NCBI RefSeq assembly: GCF_000223395.1
Contig: NC_015931.1
Span: 1,290,001-1,322,000 of the forward strand
Length of the DNA stretch: 32,000 nt
Source of the DNA: Pyrolobus fumarii 1A
Lineage (GTDB): Archaea; Thermoproteota; Thermoprotei_A; Sulfolobales; Pyrodictiaceae
Reading direction: 5' to 3'
In this document: positions 17,032 to 25,058 of the stretch, piece by piece
How positions within the stretch are numbered: the stretch's first letter is position 1
Layout: each line of letters begins with the position of its first letter
Position numbers and translations under genes: made by a program
The notes under the pieces: model-generated
What the model saw: the letters and a program-made list of their open reading frames with translations, nothing else
The model's database searches: none
What the model was told of the DNA's origin: nothing

Positions 17032-17892
17032 ATGGAGCTTGTCGAGAGCGTACTCACGGCCACCAAGTACATCGTTGATATGCTGGTGGGTTTTGCAATA
17101 GCACGCAGGCTTGGCATACGCGTACCTAGCCAACTGTTCACGGCGACAGTTGTACCGTTGATACTGATCGTCGCTATGCTAGCCGCGCCAGCATTTACTC
17201 GAGAGGCTCTAGGCGTGATATTAACATCGTTTGTTTATGCGATACTCCCGATGGCAAGCTCGGCTTTAGCGGCACTCGCGTTAACACGCGGTAGGCTAAC
17301 AGGCGAGACTGCAAGACCTAGCCATGGGTTCGCCGCTAGCGTGATAGTAGCCCTCCTAGCCGGGTTTGCGTTAGGCGCTGCAGGCCTACCCGCCCCTACA
17401 TGGCTGATAGACCCGCTTCTACTACTCCTGGTCTTCCTGGCTGGACTCGAGCTAGGATCTCATAGGGAGCTGCGCTTTGACCTAGGGCTTGCAACGTTAC
17501 CACTGGCCAGCCTGGCGGGCAGCCTGGCTGCGAGCCTCGCTCTCTACCCGTTAACCGGCGTGACCCCCGCTGTAGCCGCCGGCATGGGATGGTACACGTT
17601 CACAGGTCCATACCTGTACACGGCGTCCGGGGACCCCCGACTAGCCGCCATAGGCTTCCTCGCCAACCTCATCCGCGAGCAAATAGCGATAATCATAGTA
17701 CCCCTGGCTGCACACCGCATACCACTCGCTGCAGCTGTAGCACTAGGAGGAGTCACAACGATGGACACGACACTACCCATATACGTGGCGACCTACGGCC
17801 CCCGCGGAGCCCTGGCAGCCGCCACACACGGAGCCATACTAACCCTCCTCGTACCAATCCTCGTACCCCTCGTCTACACACTCCTACATTGA
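17032..17892 (+). CDS. LysO/YbjE-family (DUF340) membrane exporter
   Basis: The C-terminal block GMGWYTFTGPYL...FLANLIREQIAIIIVPL...LGGVTTMDTTLPIY...HGAILTLLVPILVPL closely parallels E. coli YbjE (GFGWYSLSG...LARELIAIMLIP...CGATSMDFTLPV...HGFILSLLVPIL). The start is placed at the ATG at 17032 (MELVES...); the ORF track's 16939 start adds a basic, non-membrane extension. Confidence 0.8.
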   Translation: MELVESVLTATKYIVDMLVGFAIARRLGIRVPSQLFTATVVPLILIVAMLAAPAFTREALGVILTSFVYAILPMASSALAALALTRGRLTGETARPSHGFAASVIVALLAGFALGAAGLPAPTWLIDPLLLLLVFLAGLELGSHRELRFDLGLATLPLASLAGSLAASLALYPLTGVTPAVAAGMGWYTFTGPYLYTASGDPRLAAIGFLANLIREQIAIIIVPLAAHRIPLAAAVALGGVTTMDTTLPIYVATYGPRGALAAATHGAILTLLVPILVPLVYTLLH

Positions 17893-17913
17893 TAGGAGTG
17901 ATAACATAGCCGT

Positions 17914-17927
17914 AGAAAGCGTATAAA
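17914..17927 (+). promoter_or_regulatory. BRE/TATA-like element AGAAAGC-GTATAAA upstream of tRNA-Trp
   Basis: Read directly. It implies a transcription start near 17950 and a 5' leader of about 70 nt before the tRNA. Confidence 0.4.
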
Positions 17928-17962
17928 CCCACACCAGAGTCCCATCACGTACACGGGTCGAA

Positions 17963-17994
17963 CCCCGGGGCGACCCGGGGGCCTAACCCCGGGG
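17963..17994 (+). repeat. three closely spaced CCCCGGGG-type palindromes in the tRNA-Trp 5' leader
   Basis: ccccgggg at 17963-17970, cccggggg at 17974-17981 and ccccgggg at 17987-17994. Adjacent copies can pair in mutually exclusive hairpins. Confidence 0.6.
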
Positions 17995-18023
17995 ATGGCC
18001 AATGGTGGGCCCTTTGAACGCGT

Positions 18024-18166
18024 GGGCCCGTAGCTCAGCCAGGCAGAGCGCCGGGCTCCAGACCCGCCCGGTCCGCTCCGGGTCTGTCGACCCGTGCGCG
18101 GGATGAGAGAGGTCTGGCGCGGGAGAGACCCGGAGGTCCGGGGTTCGAATCCCCGCGGGCCCACCA
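18024..18166 (+). tRNA. trnW: tRNA-Trp (anticodon CCA) with a 66-nt intron at canonical position 37/38 and an encoded 3' CCA
   Basis: Cloverleaf: acceptor GGGCCCG/CGGGCCC, D arm GCUC-AGCCAGGCA-GAGC, anticodon stem CCGGG/CCCGG, loop CU-CCA-G|A, T arm CGGGG-UUCGAAU-CCCCG, discriminator A plus CCA. The intron spans 18062-18127. BHB motif: central helix CUCC (18056-18059) / GGAG (18122-18125), two AGA bulges carrying the splice sites, and an outer helix CCCGCC/GGCGCG with one mismatch. Confidence 0.92.
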
Positions 18167-18678
18167 CAAACCAGACCCCAAAACGGGCTCCTAAACCCTC
18201 AACAGCTTGACGCACCTCCTCTCACACCCTATGCGACGCATCGGGAGTGTACTCGTTACACCCTCTAACTTGCTCTGGCCAAACGAGCCGGATTACAGTC
18301 TTGCATGTTGTATAGCCGTTTCGGCTTAGGAGCACGGCCGGGATGGCTACAGATCGTGTCATGTAATTCTCGGGGAGTAGGCACACCTAGCTATCACACT
18401 GGTGGATCGGCCCTATGGGTTCCGCATTTGCAGGTGTGGGTCGGTAGGGTTCCTCCTCGTCACCATTCGGTGGCCGAAGGATCCCGGCTCCTCATCCCCA
18501 TGCCAGAGTTACATTCAAGCTGTTAACCGTGTTCCCCTCCCTACTAGTCACACCTTCTACTCTAGATGTACAAAGATAGGCTCTTCATCATTTGTCGCAC
18601 AACAATCAGTTACATTGCTGCGTGTAAACTAGAGCTAGACCTCTGAACCGTCAACGTATACTGTAGAGGAGGCCTAGC

Positions 18679-18722
18679 TTATAATTGTGCGCCTACCGTG
18701 GTGTAGATACATGGGTGTCTAC
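18679..18722 (+). promoter_or_regulatory. vapBC promoter: TATA-like TTATAATT plus imperfect inverted repeat GTAGATAC-N4-GTGTCTAC (possible VapB operator)
   Basis: ttataatt at 18679-18686, gtagatac at 18703-18710 and gtgtctac at 18715-18722. The arms are complementary at 7 of 8 positions, immediately before the GTG start at 18725. Confidence 0.4.
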
Positions 18723-18724
18723 TA

Positions 18725-18955
18725 GTGTCTCGATACGTGACTGTCTCCACGAGAGTTAGGCGCGAGCTTCTCGAGGAGGCGAGAAGGCTTGGCATAAACG
18801 TGTCTGAGGTTTTGAGAAGAGCGTTGGAAGAGGAGGTCAAGAGGAAACGTTTTGAAATGCTCGTGAAGAGTCTCGAGGAGGTTCGAGAAGCCCTCGAGAA
18901 GATAGATGTTGATGAGATAGTGAGGATTATACGCGAGTCGCGCGAATCCAGGTGA
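18725..18955 (+). CDS. vapB: type II antitoxin, VapB-like
   Basis: 76 aa. The N-terminal DNA-binding-like segment is VTVSTRVRRELLEEARRLGINVSEVLRRALEE and the C-terminus is charged. Its stop overlaps the start of the PIN gene by 4 nt. Confidence 0.75.
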   Translation: MSRYVTVSTRVRRELLEEARRLGINVSEVLRRALEEEVKRKRFEMLVKSLEEVREALEKIDVDEIVRIIRESRESR

Positions 18956-19362
18956 CTCTCGTGCCCAGGTTCCTCTTCGACGCCTCCTCGCTAGTCAAGT
19001 GCCTCAAGCTTGGCTGCATAGATCTGCTCTTCGAGGAGGCTATACAGTGGCTCACGCTCTACGAGGTGCTCAACGCCTTCTGGAAGGAAGCTGCACTCCT
19101 CTCAAGAATAAGGCCTAGTGATGCTGTGAGATTAGCCTCAATAGTAGCAGAGTTGGCGAATTACACGGTTATCCTCGATCCTCGAGGCTACGAGCGAGAG
19201 ATGATAGAGATTGCACTAGAGCTAGGGCTCACCGTGTACGACGCATCATATGTCGTGCTTGCACAGAAGCATGGGTTAACCCTCGTAACCGAGGATAAGG
19301 GGCTCGCGTTGAAAGCGAGAAGGAGGATTAACGTAACGAGTGTAGACAATCTCACAGCCTAG
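18952..19362 (+). CDS. vapC: PIN-domain toxin VapC
   Basis: 136 aa with the PIN acidic residues in the usual contexts: FLFDASSL, TLYEVLNAF, VYDASYVVLA, LVTEDKGL. Confidence 0.85.
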   Translation: MTLVPRFLFDASSLVKCLKLGCIDLLFEEAIQWLTLYEVLNAFWKEAALLSRIRPSDAVRLASIVAELANYTVILDPRGYEREMIEIALELGLTVYDASYVVLAQKHGLTLVTEDKGLALKARRRINVTSVDNLTA

Positions 19363-19752
19363 CGAGTCATGTCTTCACCCGCGAAACTCGTGGTGTGGCC
19401 CAAACCGAGCAGCCATCATCACAATGAAAGTTTTGGCAGCGTGCCTTACGTCGTGTTCACGACGACGAGCATGCACGGTAAGGCTACACCTCTAACATTG
19501 CTATTTGATCTGTTGAATCCCAGTTTTCAAGTAGATCACAGCGTTCAAGCTTCAACAAACCCTGTCATCTCAAGACCATAGAGGCTCAGTACGGCCAACG
19601 ATGTACAAGCTAGACGTGCATCTGGAAGGCTTCCATCATCACACTAGGAGCGTTTGGTAGATGTGCTAGCATGAAGTGTACACGGCACTTCAGTAGCCTC
19701 TGAGCCTTAACTCGGACACGCCCTTCTTCAATCCCTAACTGTCACGCCGACG

Positions 19753-20409
19753 CTAGTGTTGGCATAGAGCCGCACACAGTACTAGAATGCTTACTGTCGC
19801 TACAGTGGCGACGGCTATGTTATCATCTATCGGTTTGTCTATTCTCTCCGCTATGGCCGCAGCTATGCCTACGAGGGCGCCCATGGGCCCTAGTATAGCT
19901 ACGCCTAGGGGTATCGTGACAGCCGCCATAGCTAGGTTACCTATCCAATGTTTCTCTCTACGCTTGATGACAACTGCTCTTGCGAACCCGGTCACAGCGT
20001 CACCGAAGCTGATATAGAGTGCCGGGAGTATAGCCTGGTACATGTCGTGGGTGAACATCCACACTATGGTCATTGACAAGCCCCATGCTATTGGGAATGT
20101 TATCTCGTTTGCATCGTCGCTGGTTTGGAACCATTTCATACCCCCTTTTCTCCTAACGATTGCGAGTATACCAGCAAGGACGAGAGACAAGGCCAGTGGG
20201 ACGAAAGGCGTGTTGAACATGAGGGGTGTGATTAGGGTTACGATGCCCGCGGTAAACGCGTGTATGATCTTACGGTTTATGTATACCGCTAGGTTTTCGG
20301 GTATACCCTTCTCGAGCATCCTCATGTGTAGCACGGATAGGCTGTTTACAAATATGAGCGTGTAGAGCGCCATTACGCCGCCAGCGATAGCCTCGTGCAC
20401 CGCGAGCAT
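19753..20409 (-). CDS. polytopic membrane protein, dolichol/phytol-kinase-like (CTP-dependent polyprenol kinase / cytidylyltransferase superfamily)
   Basis: 218 aa with about 6 TM segments. It has NRKIIHAFTAG and SFGDAVTGFARAVV motifs resembling the RK..H and GD..A..vG boxes of that superfamily. GAGGTG lies 9 nt before the ATG. Confidence 0.55.
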   Translation of the reverse strand: MLAVHEAIAGGVMALYTLIFVNSLSVLHMRMLEKGIPENLAVYINRKIIHAFTAGIVTLITPLMFNTPFVPLALSLVLAGILAIVRRKGGMKWFQTSDDANEITFPIAWGLSMTIVWMFTHDMYQAILPALYISFGDAVTGFARAVVIKRREKHWIGNLAMAAVTIPLGVAILGPMGALVGIAAAIAERIDKPIDDNIAVATVATVSILVLCAALCQH

Positions 20410-20527
20410 CGGTGCAACACCTCTTGCCTCCCCATGCGACTTGCTGTGCCGACATCCAGTGGTATTACCGGGTTATCCTGCGAGCCCCCATCCGAGCATA
20501 ATAGCCTCTGCGAGAGTATCACCACGA

Positions 20528-21409
20528 CTATAGGTTTTCGAGCAGCTCGAGTATACGGGGCGAGAGCCTCCACCCCATAGCCCCGAGTATCTCGCGGAGA
20601 TGGTCACGCCGCTCCGTTTTCGGTATCGCGACTACACGCGGCTTCGAAATGAGGTAGTTTAGGGCGACTTGCACAGGAGTCTTTCCTAGTTCACGTGCAA
20701 CCTCGCGAAGTAGGAGGTTCTCTACAACTTTGCCTCTCTCGAGTGGAGTGTAGGCTTGTATCGTTACGCCCTCTTTCACCGCCATAGGCAGCAGCTTACT
20801 CTCTACAGGCTCACGGTGCAATACACTATAATGCACTTGATCAACCACTATCTCGGCGCGTTTAGTCGCCGATAAGGCCTCTAGCAACTCTTTTTCATTG
20901 AAGTTGCTGACGCCGATGTACCTGGCTAATCCCTTGGCCCATAGGCTTTCTAGCACTCTCACCTGCCTCTCTATGCTGGTATGCGGATCAGGCCAATGTA
21001 TCAACACGAGGTCTACACTACGCACTCCTAGCCTTGCTAGGCTGGCTTTCAGGGCTTTCTCCGCTGTGTGCTCATCGCGGAAGCGCTCGGGGAGCAACTT
21101 GGTTGTTATGAACACTCTGCCGCGCCCTACCCTCCTAACAACCCTTCCCACGAGCTCCTCGGCCAGACCCCATCCATACATTTCCGCGGTGTCTATGAGG
21201 TCTATTCCGTTCTCAACGGCCTCCACGAGCGTTTCCTCGGCTCTCCTATAGTCGCGGATCGCCCACGTACCTATCCCTATGGCTGATGTTGTCTCTCCAC
21301 TCCTCCCCACGGGTTTACGGTCGCTAGGGTCTATGGGAAACCGCGGCACAGCGAGACCCGTCACGAGTACCTTTGACCGGCGGGGTTTAGACCGCTGCAC
21401 AGCCAGCAC
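20528..21409 (-). CDS. aldo/keto reductase
   Basis: It has AIGIGTW, IDTAEMYG, ITTKL, LVLIHWPD and IGVSNF motifs. The true start is probably an internal GTG near 21349 (VPRFPIDPSDRKPVGRSGE...), because family members start about 10 aa before the L/V-G-x-x-G segment. Confidence 0.9.
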   Translation of the reverse strand: MLAVQRSKPRRSKVLVTGLAVPRFPIDPSDRKPVGRSGETTSAIGIGTWAIRDYRRAEETLVEAVENGIDLIDTAEMYGWGLAEELVGRVVRRVGRGRVFITTKLLPERFRDEHTAEKALKASLARLGVRSVDLVLIHWPDPHTSIERQVRVLESLWAKGLARYIGVSNFNEKELLEALSATKRAEIVVDQVHYSVLHREPVESKLLPMAVKEGVTIQAYTPLERGKVVENLLLREVARELGKTPVQVALNYLISKPRVVAIPKTERRDHLREILGAMGWRLSPRILELLENL

Positions 21410-21457
21410 AACACTAGATTATGCTCGCTTCACGCGAGTTTATACTGGCGAAGCGTT

Positions 21458-21832
21458 TTGGACTGGGAGGCGTTCACGCTTACACTCGCACTGGCGTTCA
21501 TATTCTACTTGATTCTCGCGCCGCTAGGCCTGCTCGGGTTCATCACTGCTCCGCTTGCAGCGGGTTTGATAATGGGGTATGTTAGGGGTAGAGGTGCGGC
21601 TGGTAGTGTAGCGTTAGGCGTCCTAACCCTCTGGCTCGTTGCTAGTGTAGTTGCTGCCGCTGCCTTTATCACTGCGTGGGGCTCATCTCATAAGCCACAT
21701 GTTCTCCACACGCATGTCTACCATCTGCTTGGCTTTTTCGCAGCCCCGCTGCTTGTCACGATAAACGCTGTCATAGCGACTATCTTGGCGTATATTGGCG
21801 CCGTTATTGGCGCCGAGTTGGGAAGGAGGTAG
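21458..21832 (+). CDS. small hydrophobic membrane protein, function unknown
   Basis: 124 aa with a TTG start and four predicted TM stretches. No motif recognised. Confidence 0.5.
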   Translation: MDWEAFTLTLALAFIFYLILAPLGLLGFITAPLAAGLIMGYVRGRGAAGSVALGVLTLWLVASVVAAAAFITAWGSSHKPHVLHTHVYHLLGFFAAPLLVTINAVIATILAYIGAVIGAELGRR

Positions 21833-21984
21833 TGTAGGAGCCCTGGGCCTCGGCCACACTAGGGCTCGTCACCTGTCAGCCTTGCTACCCCTCCTCACCG
21901 GCCCCTTTACAATGGAAAATGGAGAAAGGTTTTTGTATCAGCTGTTCTGTCTATAGTCGTTCTGGAACCGTACAAGGTGAGACC

Positions 21985-23343
21985 ATGTCCAAGCCTATGA
22001 TTACAGAAGTTACGCCGCCAAAGAGGGAGTTGAAGAGAGTTGGCGCACATAGCCACATCCGCGGCCTCGGTCTCGACGAGAATGGTAAGCCGAAGTTCGC
22101 TGCTGACGGCATGGTTGGCCAGCTCGAGGCTAGAGAGGCAGCTGGCATAGTGGTGAAGATGATACGCGAGGGTAAGATGGCCGGTCGTGGCGTCCTGCTA
22201 GTCGGCCCGCCGGGCACTGGCAAGACTGCGATAGCCATTGGTATCGCCAAGGAGCTCGGTGAGGATACGCCGTTCGTCGCTATAACTGGCAGCGAGATAT
22301 ACAGTACCGAGCTTAAGAAGACAGAGTTCCTCATGCAGGCGATACGCAAGGCTATAGGCGTGAGGTTCAGGGAAGTACGCGAAGTGTATGAGGGTGTTGT
22401 CAAGGAGCTCAAGATTAGGTTCGTGAAGCACCCGTACAACCCGTGGGTAAAGATACCAAGAGAGGCTGTAATCACGCTCGAGACTAAGGATGACGAGAGG
22501 ACTCTACGCGTCGGCGAAGAGGTGGCTGTGCAGCTACTCCAGCTGCGCGTGAGAAAGGGCGACATCATCGAGATTGACGCTGAGACGGGTATGGTGAGGA
22601 AGCTTGGCAAAGCCGGAGAGAAGAGGTATGACATCGAGCTCGAGAGGTATCTCGAGAAGCCGAGTGGCCCTGTCCGGAAGAGGAAGGAGATCGTACACAC
22701 AGTGACACTACACGACCTTGACATGAGCGCGATGGCCCAGAGGGCTGCCGTGGCAAGCCTTCTAGGCCTTAGTGTGGAGCGCGAGGTGCCACCCGAGATC
22801 CGACAGCAGGTGGACAAGGAGGTGATGAAGCTAGTAAAGGAGGGTAGGGCGGAGCTGGTACCAGGCGTGCTGTTCATTGACGATGCTCACATGCTCGATA
22901 TAGAGGCGTTCAGCTTCTTGACGCGCGCCATGGAGTCGGAGCTTGCACCAATACTCATCCTGGCGACCAACAGGGGTATAGCGAAGATCAGAGGCACTGA
23001 CATAGAGTCGCCGCACGGTATACCACTAGACCTGCTGGACAGGCTGCTCATAATCAAGACGAGGCCCTACACCGAGGAGGAGATACGCGAGATACTGAAG
23101 ATAAGGAGCGAGGAGGAAGAGATACCTCTCACCGACGAGGCGCTCGAGGAGCTAACGAAGCTTGGCAAAGAGAAGAGCCTACGCTATGCGATACAGCTCA
23201 TGGAGCCTGCCAGGATAATAGCGGAGAGAGAGGGTAGGACTAAAGTCACAGCCGACGACGTGAAATACGCCGCCAAACTATTCGTAGACGTGCGCGACAG
23301 CGTACAATACGTGAAGCAGTTCGAGGAGATGTTCCTCAAGTAA
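21985..23343 (+). CDS. TIP49 / RuvB-like (Rvb1/2-type) AAA+ ATPase
   Basis: It has the [17 protein letters not shown] and Walker [15 protein letters not shown] motifs. The OB-fold domain-II insertion runs from VKELKIRF to [18 protein letters not shown], and the Walker B region reads [11 protein letters not shown]. The start is placed at the ATG at 21985, preceded by AAGGTGA. Confidence 0.92.
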   Translation: MSKPMITEVTPPKRELKRVGAHSHIRGLGLDENGKPKFAADGMVGQLEAREAAGIVVKMIREGKMAGRGVLLVGPPGTGKTAIAIGIAKELGEDTPFVAITGSEIYSTELKKTEFLMQAIRKAIGVRFREVREVYEGVVKELKIRFVKHPYNPWVKIPREAVITLETKDDERTLRVGEEVAVQLLQLRVRKGDIIEIDAETGMVRKLGKAGEKRYDIELERYLEKPSGPVRKRKEIVHTVTLHDLDMSAMAQRAAVASLLGLSVEREVPPEIRQQVDKEVMKLVKEGRAELVPGVLFIDDAHMLDIEAFSFLTRAMESELAPILILATNRGIAKIRGTDIESPHGIPLDLLDRLLIIKTRPYTEEEIREILKIRSEEEEIPLTDEALEELTKLGKEKSLRYAIQLMEPARIIAEREGRTKVTADDVKYAAKLFVDVRDSVQYVKQFEEMFLK

Positions 23344-23511
23344 CCCACGGGACTCTCCCCCATCTCTCTATATGAACAATACCCATCCCTCACCAGAAGC
23401 CCTACCAGGGCGCCACCTGCTTTCCAACCCTCTTTTTGGAGGCATTCTACCCGTGCACAGGCATTACACTCCCGTCTTGGGTATCCTTGTACCAGCCGGG
23501 GAGGCCGCTCC

Positions 23512-24153
23512 TTGACCACGAGTAAACGACGCGTATCTTGGTGGCTTAATGCCATCGAACACGCTGGGCTTATTGTGAGGATGGGTGGTATAGTCGTTTA
23601 CCCAACGGATACCGTGTATGGCATTGGAGGTAGCCCGTGGCTAGAATATGCTGTTGAGAGAGTATTCCGAGTGAAGAGGCGACCCCCGGATAAGCCAGTA
23701 CCTCTTCTCGTTGTTAGCGTCGAGTCTGCACTCGAGATTGGCGAGTTTGACGAGGCAGCTAGGAGGCTTGCTGAGAGATTCTGGCCCGGTGCTCTGACGA
23801 TAGTTGTGCCTCTGCGCGACACGTCAATACCGGAGCTTGTGACTGCCGGTACAGGCTGCGTAGGTCTGCGCATGCCGGCGCACCCGGCACCTAGACTGCT
23901 CGCTATGTACGCAGGGGGCGCCATCATAGGCACGAGTGCCAACATTAGCGGCATGCCATCCAAACGAGACATAGACTCTGTGCTTCTAGAACTTGGGGAC
24001 GACGATGTAGACTATTTCCTTGATGGCGGGGTACTTCTAGGCTCACCCTCAACGGTGCTCAACCTGTGCAAGTCGCCGCCTCGTATTGAGAGGCTTGGGC
24101 CCGTCCCACCAGAGGCTATCGAGCGTGTGGCAGGCATCAAGGTCGTGACTTAG
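23512..24153 (+). CDS. tsaC: YrdC/Sua5-family threonylcarbamoyl-AMP synthase (short, YrdC-domain-only form)
   Basis: 213 aa with a TTG start. Motifs present: VVYPTDTVYGIG, VKRRPPDKPVPLLV, FWPGALTIVVPL, VGLRMPAHP, IGTSANISG. Confidence 0.87.
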   Translation: MTTSKRRVSWWLNAIEHAGLIVRMGGIVVYPTDTVYGIGGSPWLEYAVERVFRVKRRPPDKPVPLLVVSVESALEIGEFDEAARRLAERFWPGALTIVVPLRDTSIPELVTAGTGCVGLRMPAHPAPRLLAMYAGGAIIGTSANISGMPSKRDIDSVLLELGDDDVDYFLDGGVLLGSPSTVLNLCKSPPRIERLGPVPPEAIERVAGIKVVT

Positions 24154-24199
24154 CTTATATACTTGTGTGCATACGCTCTAAAACCCAAGGCTGGCTGTG

Positions 24200-24607
24200 A
24201 TGCGTGTAGTCGTACCCCTAGTGAGAACTCGTGATGGACGATTACTTGTATCACCGCATTTCGGCGGCGCAACCCACTATGCCATTATAGAGGTTGACAG
24301 AGGAGAGTGCAAGATAGTAGACATGCTAGAGGCTCCTCCGGGTATCGGTGGACGTGGAAGGATAGTCGCCCCATGGGCATACCAACATGGAGCCCATGCA
24401 GCAGTGGCAAAGGAGATGGGCTGGGGCGCTTACGAGGCTTTTACGGCAATAGGCGTACGCGTCTACCACGCAGAGAGTCTAGACCCTTGTGAAGCCGCGA
24501 GGGCTATCGCAGAGGGCAGAGCAAAGCCATTCACACTAGAGGATGTAAAGGAGTCACACAGACATAGGCATAACTACGGCCATCATACTCACCATGATAA
24601 CAGCTAG
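24200..24607 (+). CDS. NifX/NifB-C-terminal-like (dinitrogenase FeMo-cofactor-biosynthesis domain) protein with a His-rich tail
   Basis: It shows VSPHFGGATHYAIIEV...GAHAAVAKEMGWGAYEAFTAIGVRVY, typical of the small archaeal members. The C-terminus is ESHRHRHNYGHHTHHDNS. Confidence 0.72.
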   Translation: MRVVVPLVRTRDGRLLVSPHFGGATHYAIIEVDRGECKIVDMLEAPPGIGGRGRIVAPWAYQHGAHAAVAKEMGWGAYEAFTAIGVRVYHAESLDPCEAARAIAEGRAKPFTLEDVKESHRHRHNYGHHTHHDNS

Positions 24608-24740
24608 TTTTCCAGCGATACGCACACGGAGTACACGCTACCAACACGCACAGAGCCTAACTCGTGGACACCAAGTCCGTGTTTTCGGAGTGTCACTACC
24701 CCCCTCCTAGGGTAGGTGCACTGGAGTAGACTGATGCACG

Positions 24741-25058
24741 GTGCCCGGTTTGAGAGCGCGTGTGGTCGTTTTCGCACCTCTCCGCGTCTATAGCTTCGCC
24801 GAGAGGGTGGTGAGAGACACGGTCCAACTCTACGCTGGCAAGTGTAACGTCGAGACTATAGTCATACCGGTTATGGAGCCTGATGCGGAACCAGAGGTTA
24901 TGGTTGAGGGTAGCGCCGAGTGCGGACTCCCCATAGCCGAGATGACACAAGCACTGCTATGGGTTATCGAGGGGCTCGGCTTGATGCCAGGCTTCGCAAC
25001 ACCCGAGAGCGTAATACCTACCGCTATTGCCACGAATCCCGGTGTGATAGCCGCATGA
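24741..25058 (+). CDS. hypothetical protein translationally coupled to yjbQ
   Basis: 105-aa ORF with a GTG start (alternatives at TTG 24750 and GTG 24762). Its TGA overlaps the yjbQ ATG (ATGA at 25055-25058). No motif recognised. Confidence 0.5.
   Translation: MPGLRARVVVFAPLRVYSFAERVVRDTVQLYAGKCNVETIVIPVMEPDAEPEVMVEGSAECGLPIAEMTQALLWVIEGLGLMPGFATPESVIPTAIATNPGVIAA

Noticed and set aside
18076-18117. tRNA-Trp intron as a functional box C/D guide, as in Haloferax
   Set aside because: The box candidates are degenerate (CUGU at 18084-18087, GAUGAG at 18102-18107). There is no C box near the intron 5' end and no CUGA D box. The N+5 rule would point to G42 rather than the known C34/U39 sites. The complementarities are kept only as an observation in the findings.
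17874-18215. 113-aa minus-strand ORF
   Set aside because: It spans the tRNA-Trp gene and its GC-rich leader. Its Arg/Gly/Pro-rich product is what the reverse complement of a GC-rich RNA gene gives.
18300-18640. SRP RNA, RNase P RNA or another known structured RNA in the spacer after tRNA-Trp; also the 73- and 76-aa ORFs there
   Set aside because: I could not find the conserved cores I know (GAGGAAAGUCC-type CR-I for RNase P; GGCCCGGAAGGGAGCA-type helix 8 for SRP RNA) on either strand. The two ORFs overlap each other in different frames and have Trp/Cys/Arg/Gly-rich atypical composition. The region is left as unexplained non-coding DNA.
18158-19408. Direct repeat GGCCCA(ccac)AAACC at the tRNA 3' end and just after vapC, as att sites of an integrated element
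   Set aside because: Only about 11 matching bases with a 4-nt gap, which is well within chance. There is no integrase gene or fragment that I can see. It is mentioned only as something a comparative alignment could test.
19411-19650. Two copies of CCATCATCACA (19412-19422 and 19633-19643), read on the minus strand as GUGAUGA C boxes
   Set aside because: Downstream of the first copy there is no D/D' box at the right spacing. The second has CAGA after 11 nt and a distal CUGA, but no acceptable C' box and no terminal stem. An 11-nt repeat with 2 copies is unconvincing on its own.
21951-22877. 308-aa minus-strand ORF, the longest unexplained ORF in the track
   Set aside because: It is entirely antisense to the TIP49 gene, whose motifs are unmistakable. 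The product is Ser/Thr/Leu/Pro-rich low complexity, typical of the reverse frame of GAG/AAG/GCT-rich coding DNA. The same reasoning rejects 949-1428, 1413-1802, 1667-2071, 2918-3309, 3782-4204, 6641-6982, 7598-7915, 8075-8598, 10439-10756, 13199-13570, 15811-16281, 23184-23555, 23598-23972, 25024-25497, 26592-26930, 26976-27515 and 28327-28797.
24920-25054. Long N-terminal extension of yjbQ (track ORF 24920-25465)
   Set aside because: The extension (MRTPHSRDDTSTAMGYRGARLDARLRNTRERN...) is Arg-rich and overlaps the 24741-25058 ORF in another frame. YjbQ-family proteins start at the MRIF..EI.V.T equivalent, which is the ATG at 25055.
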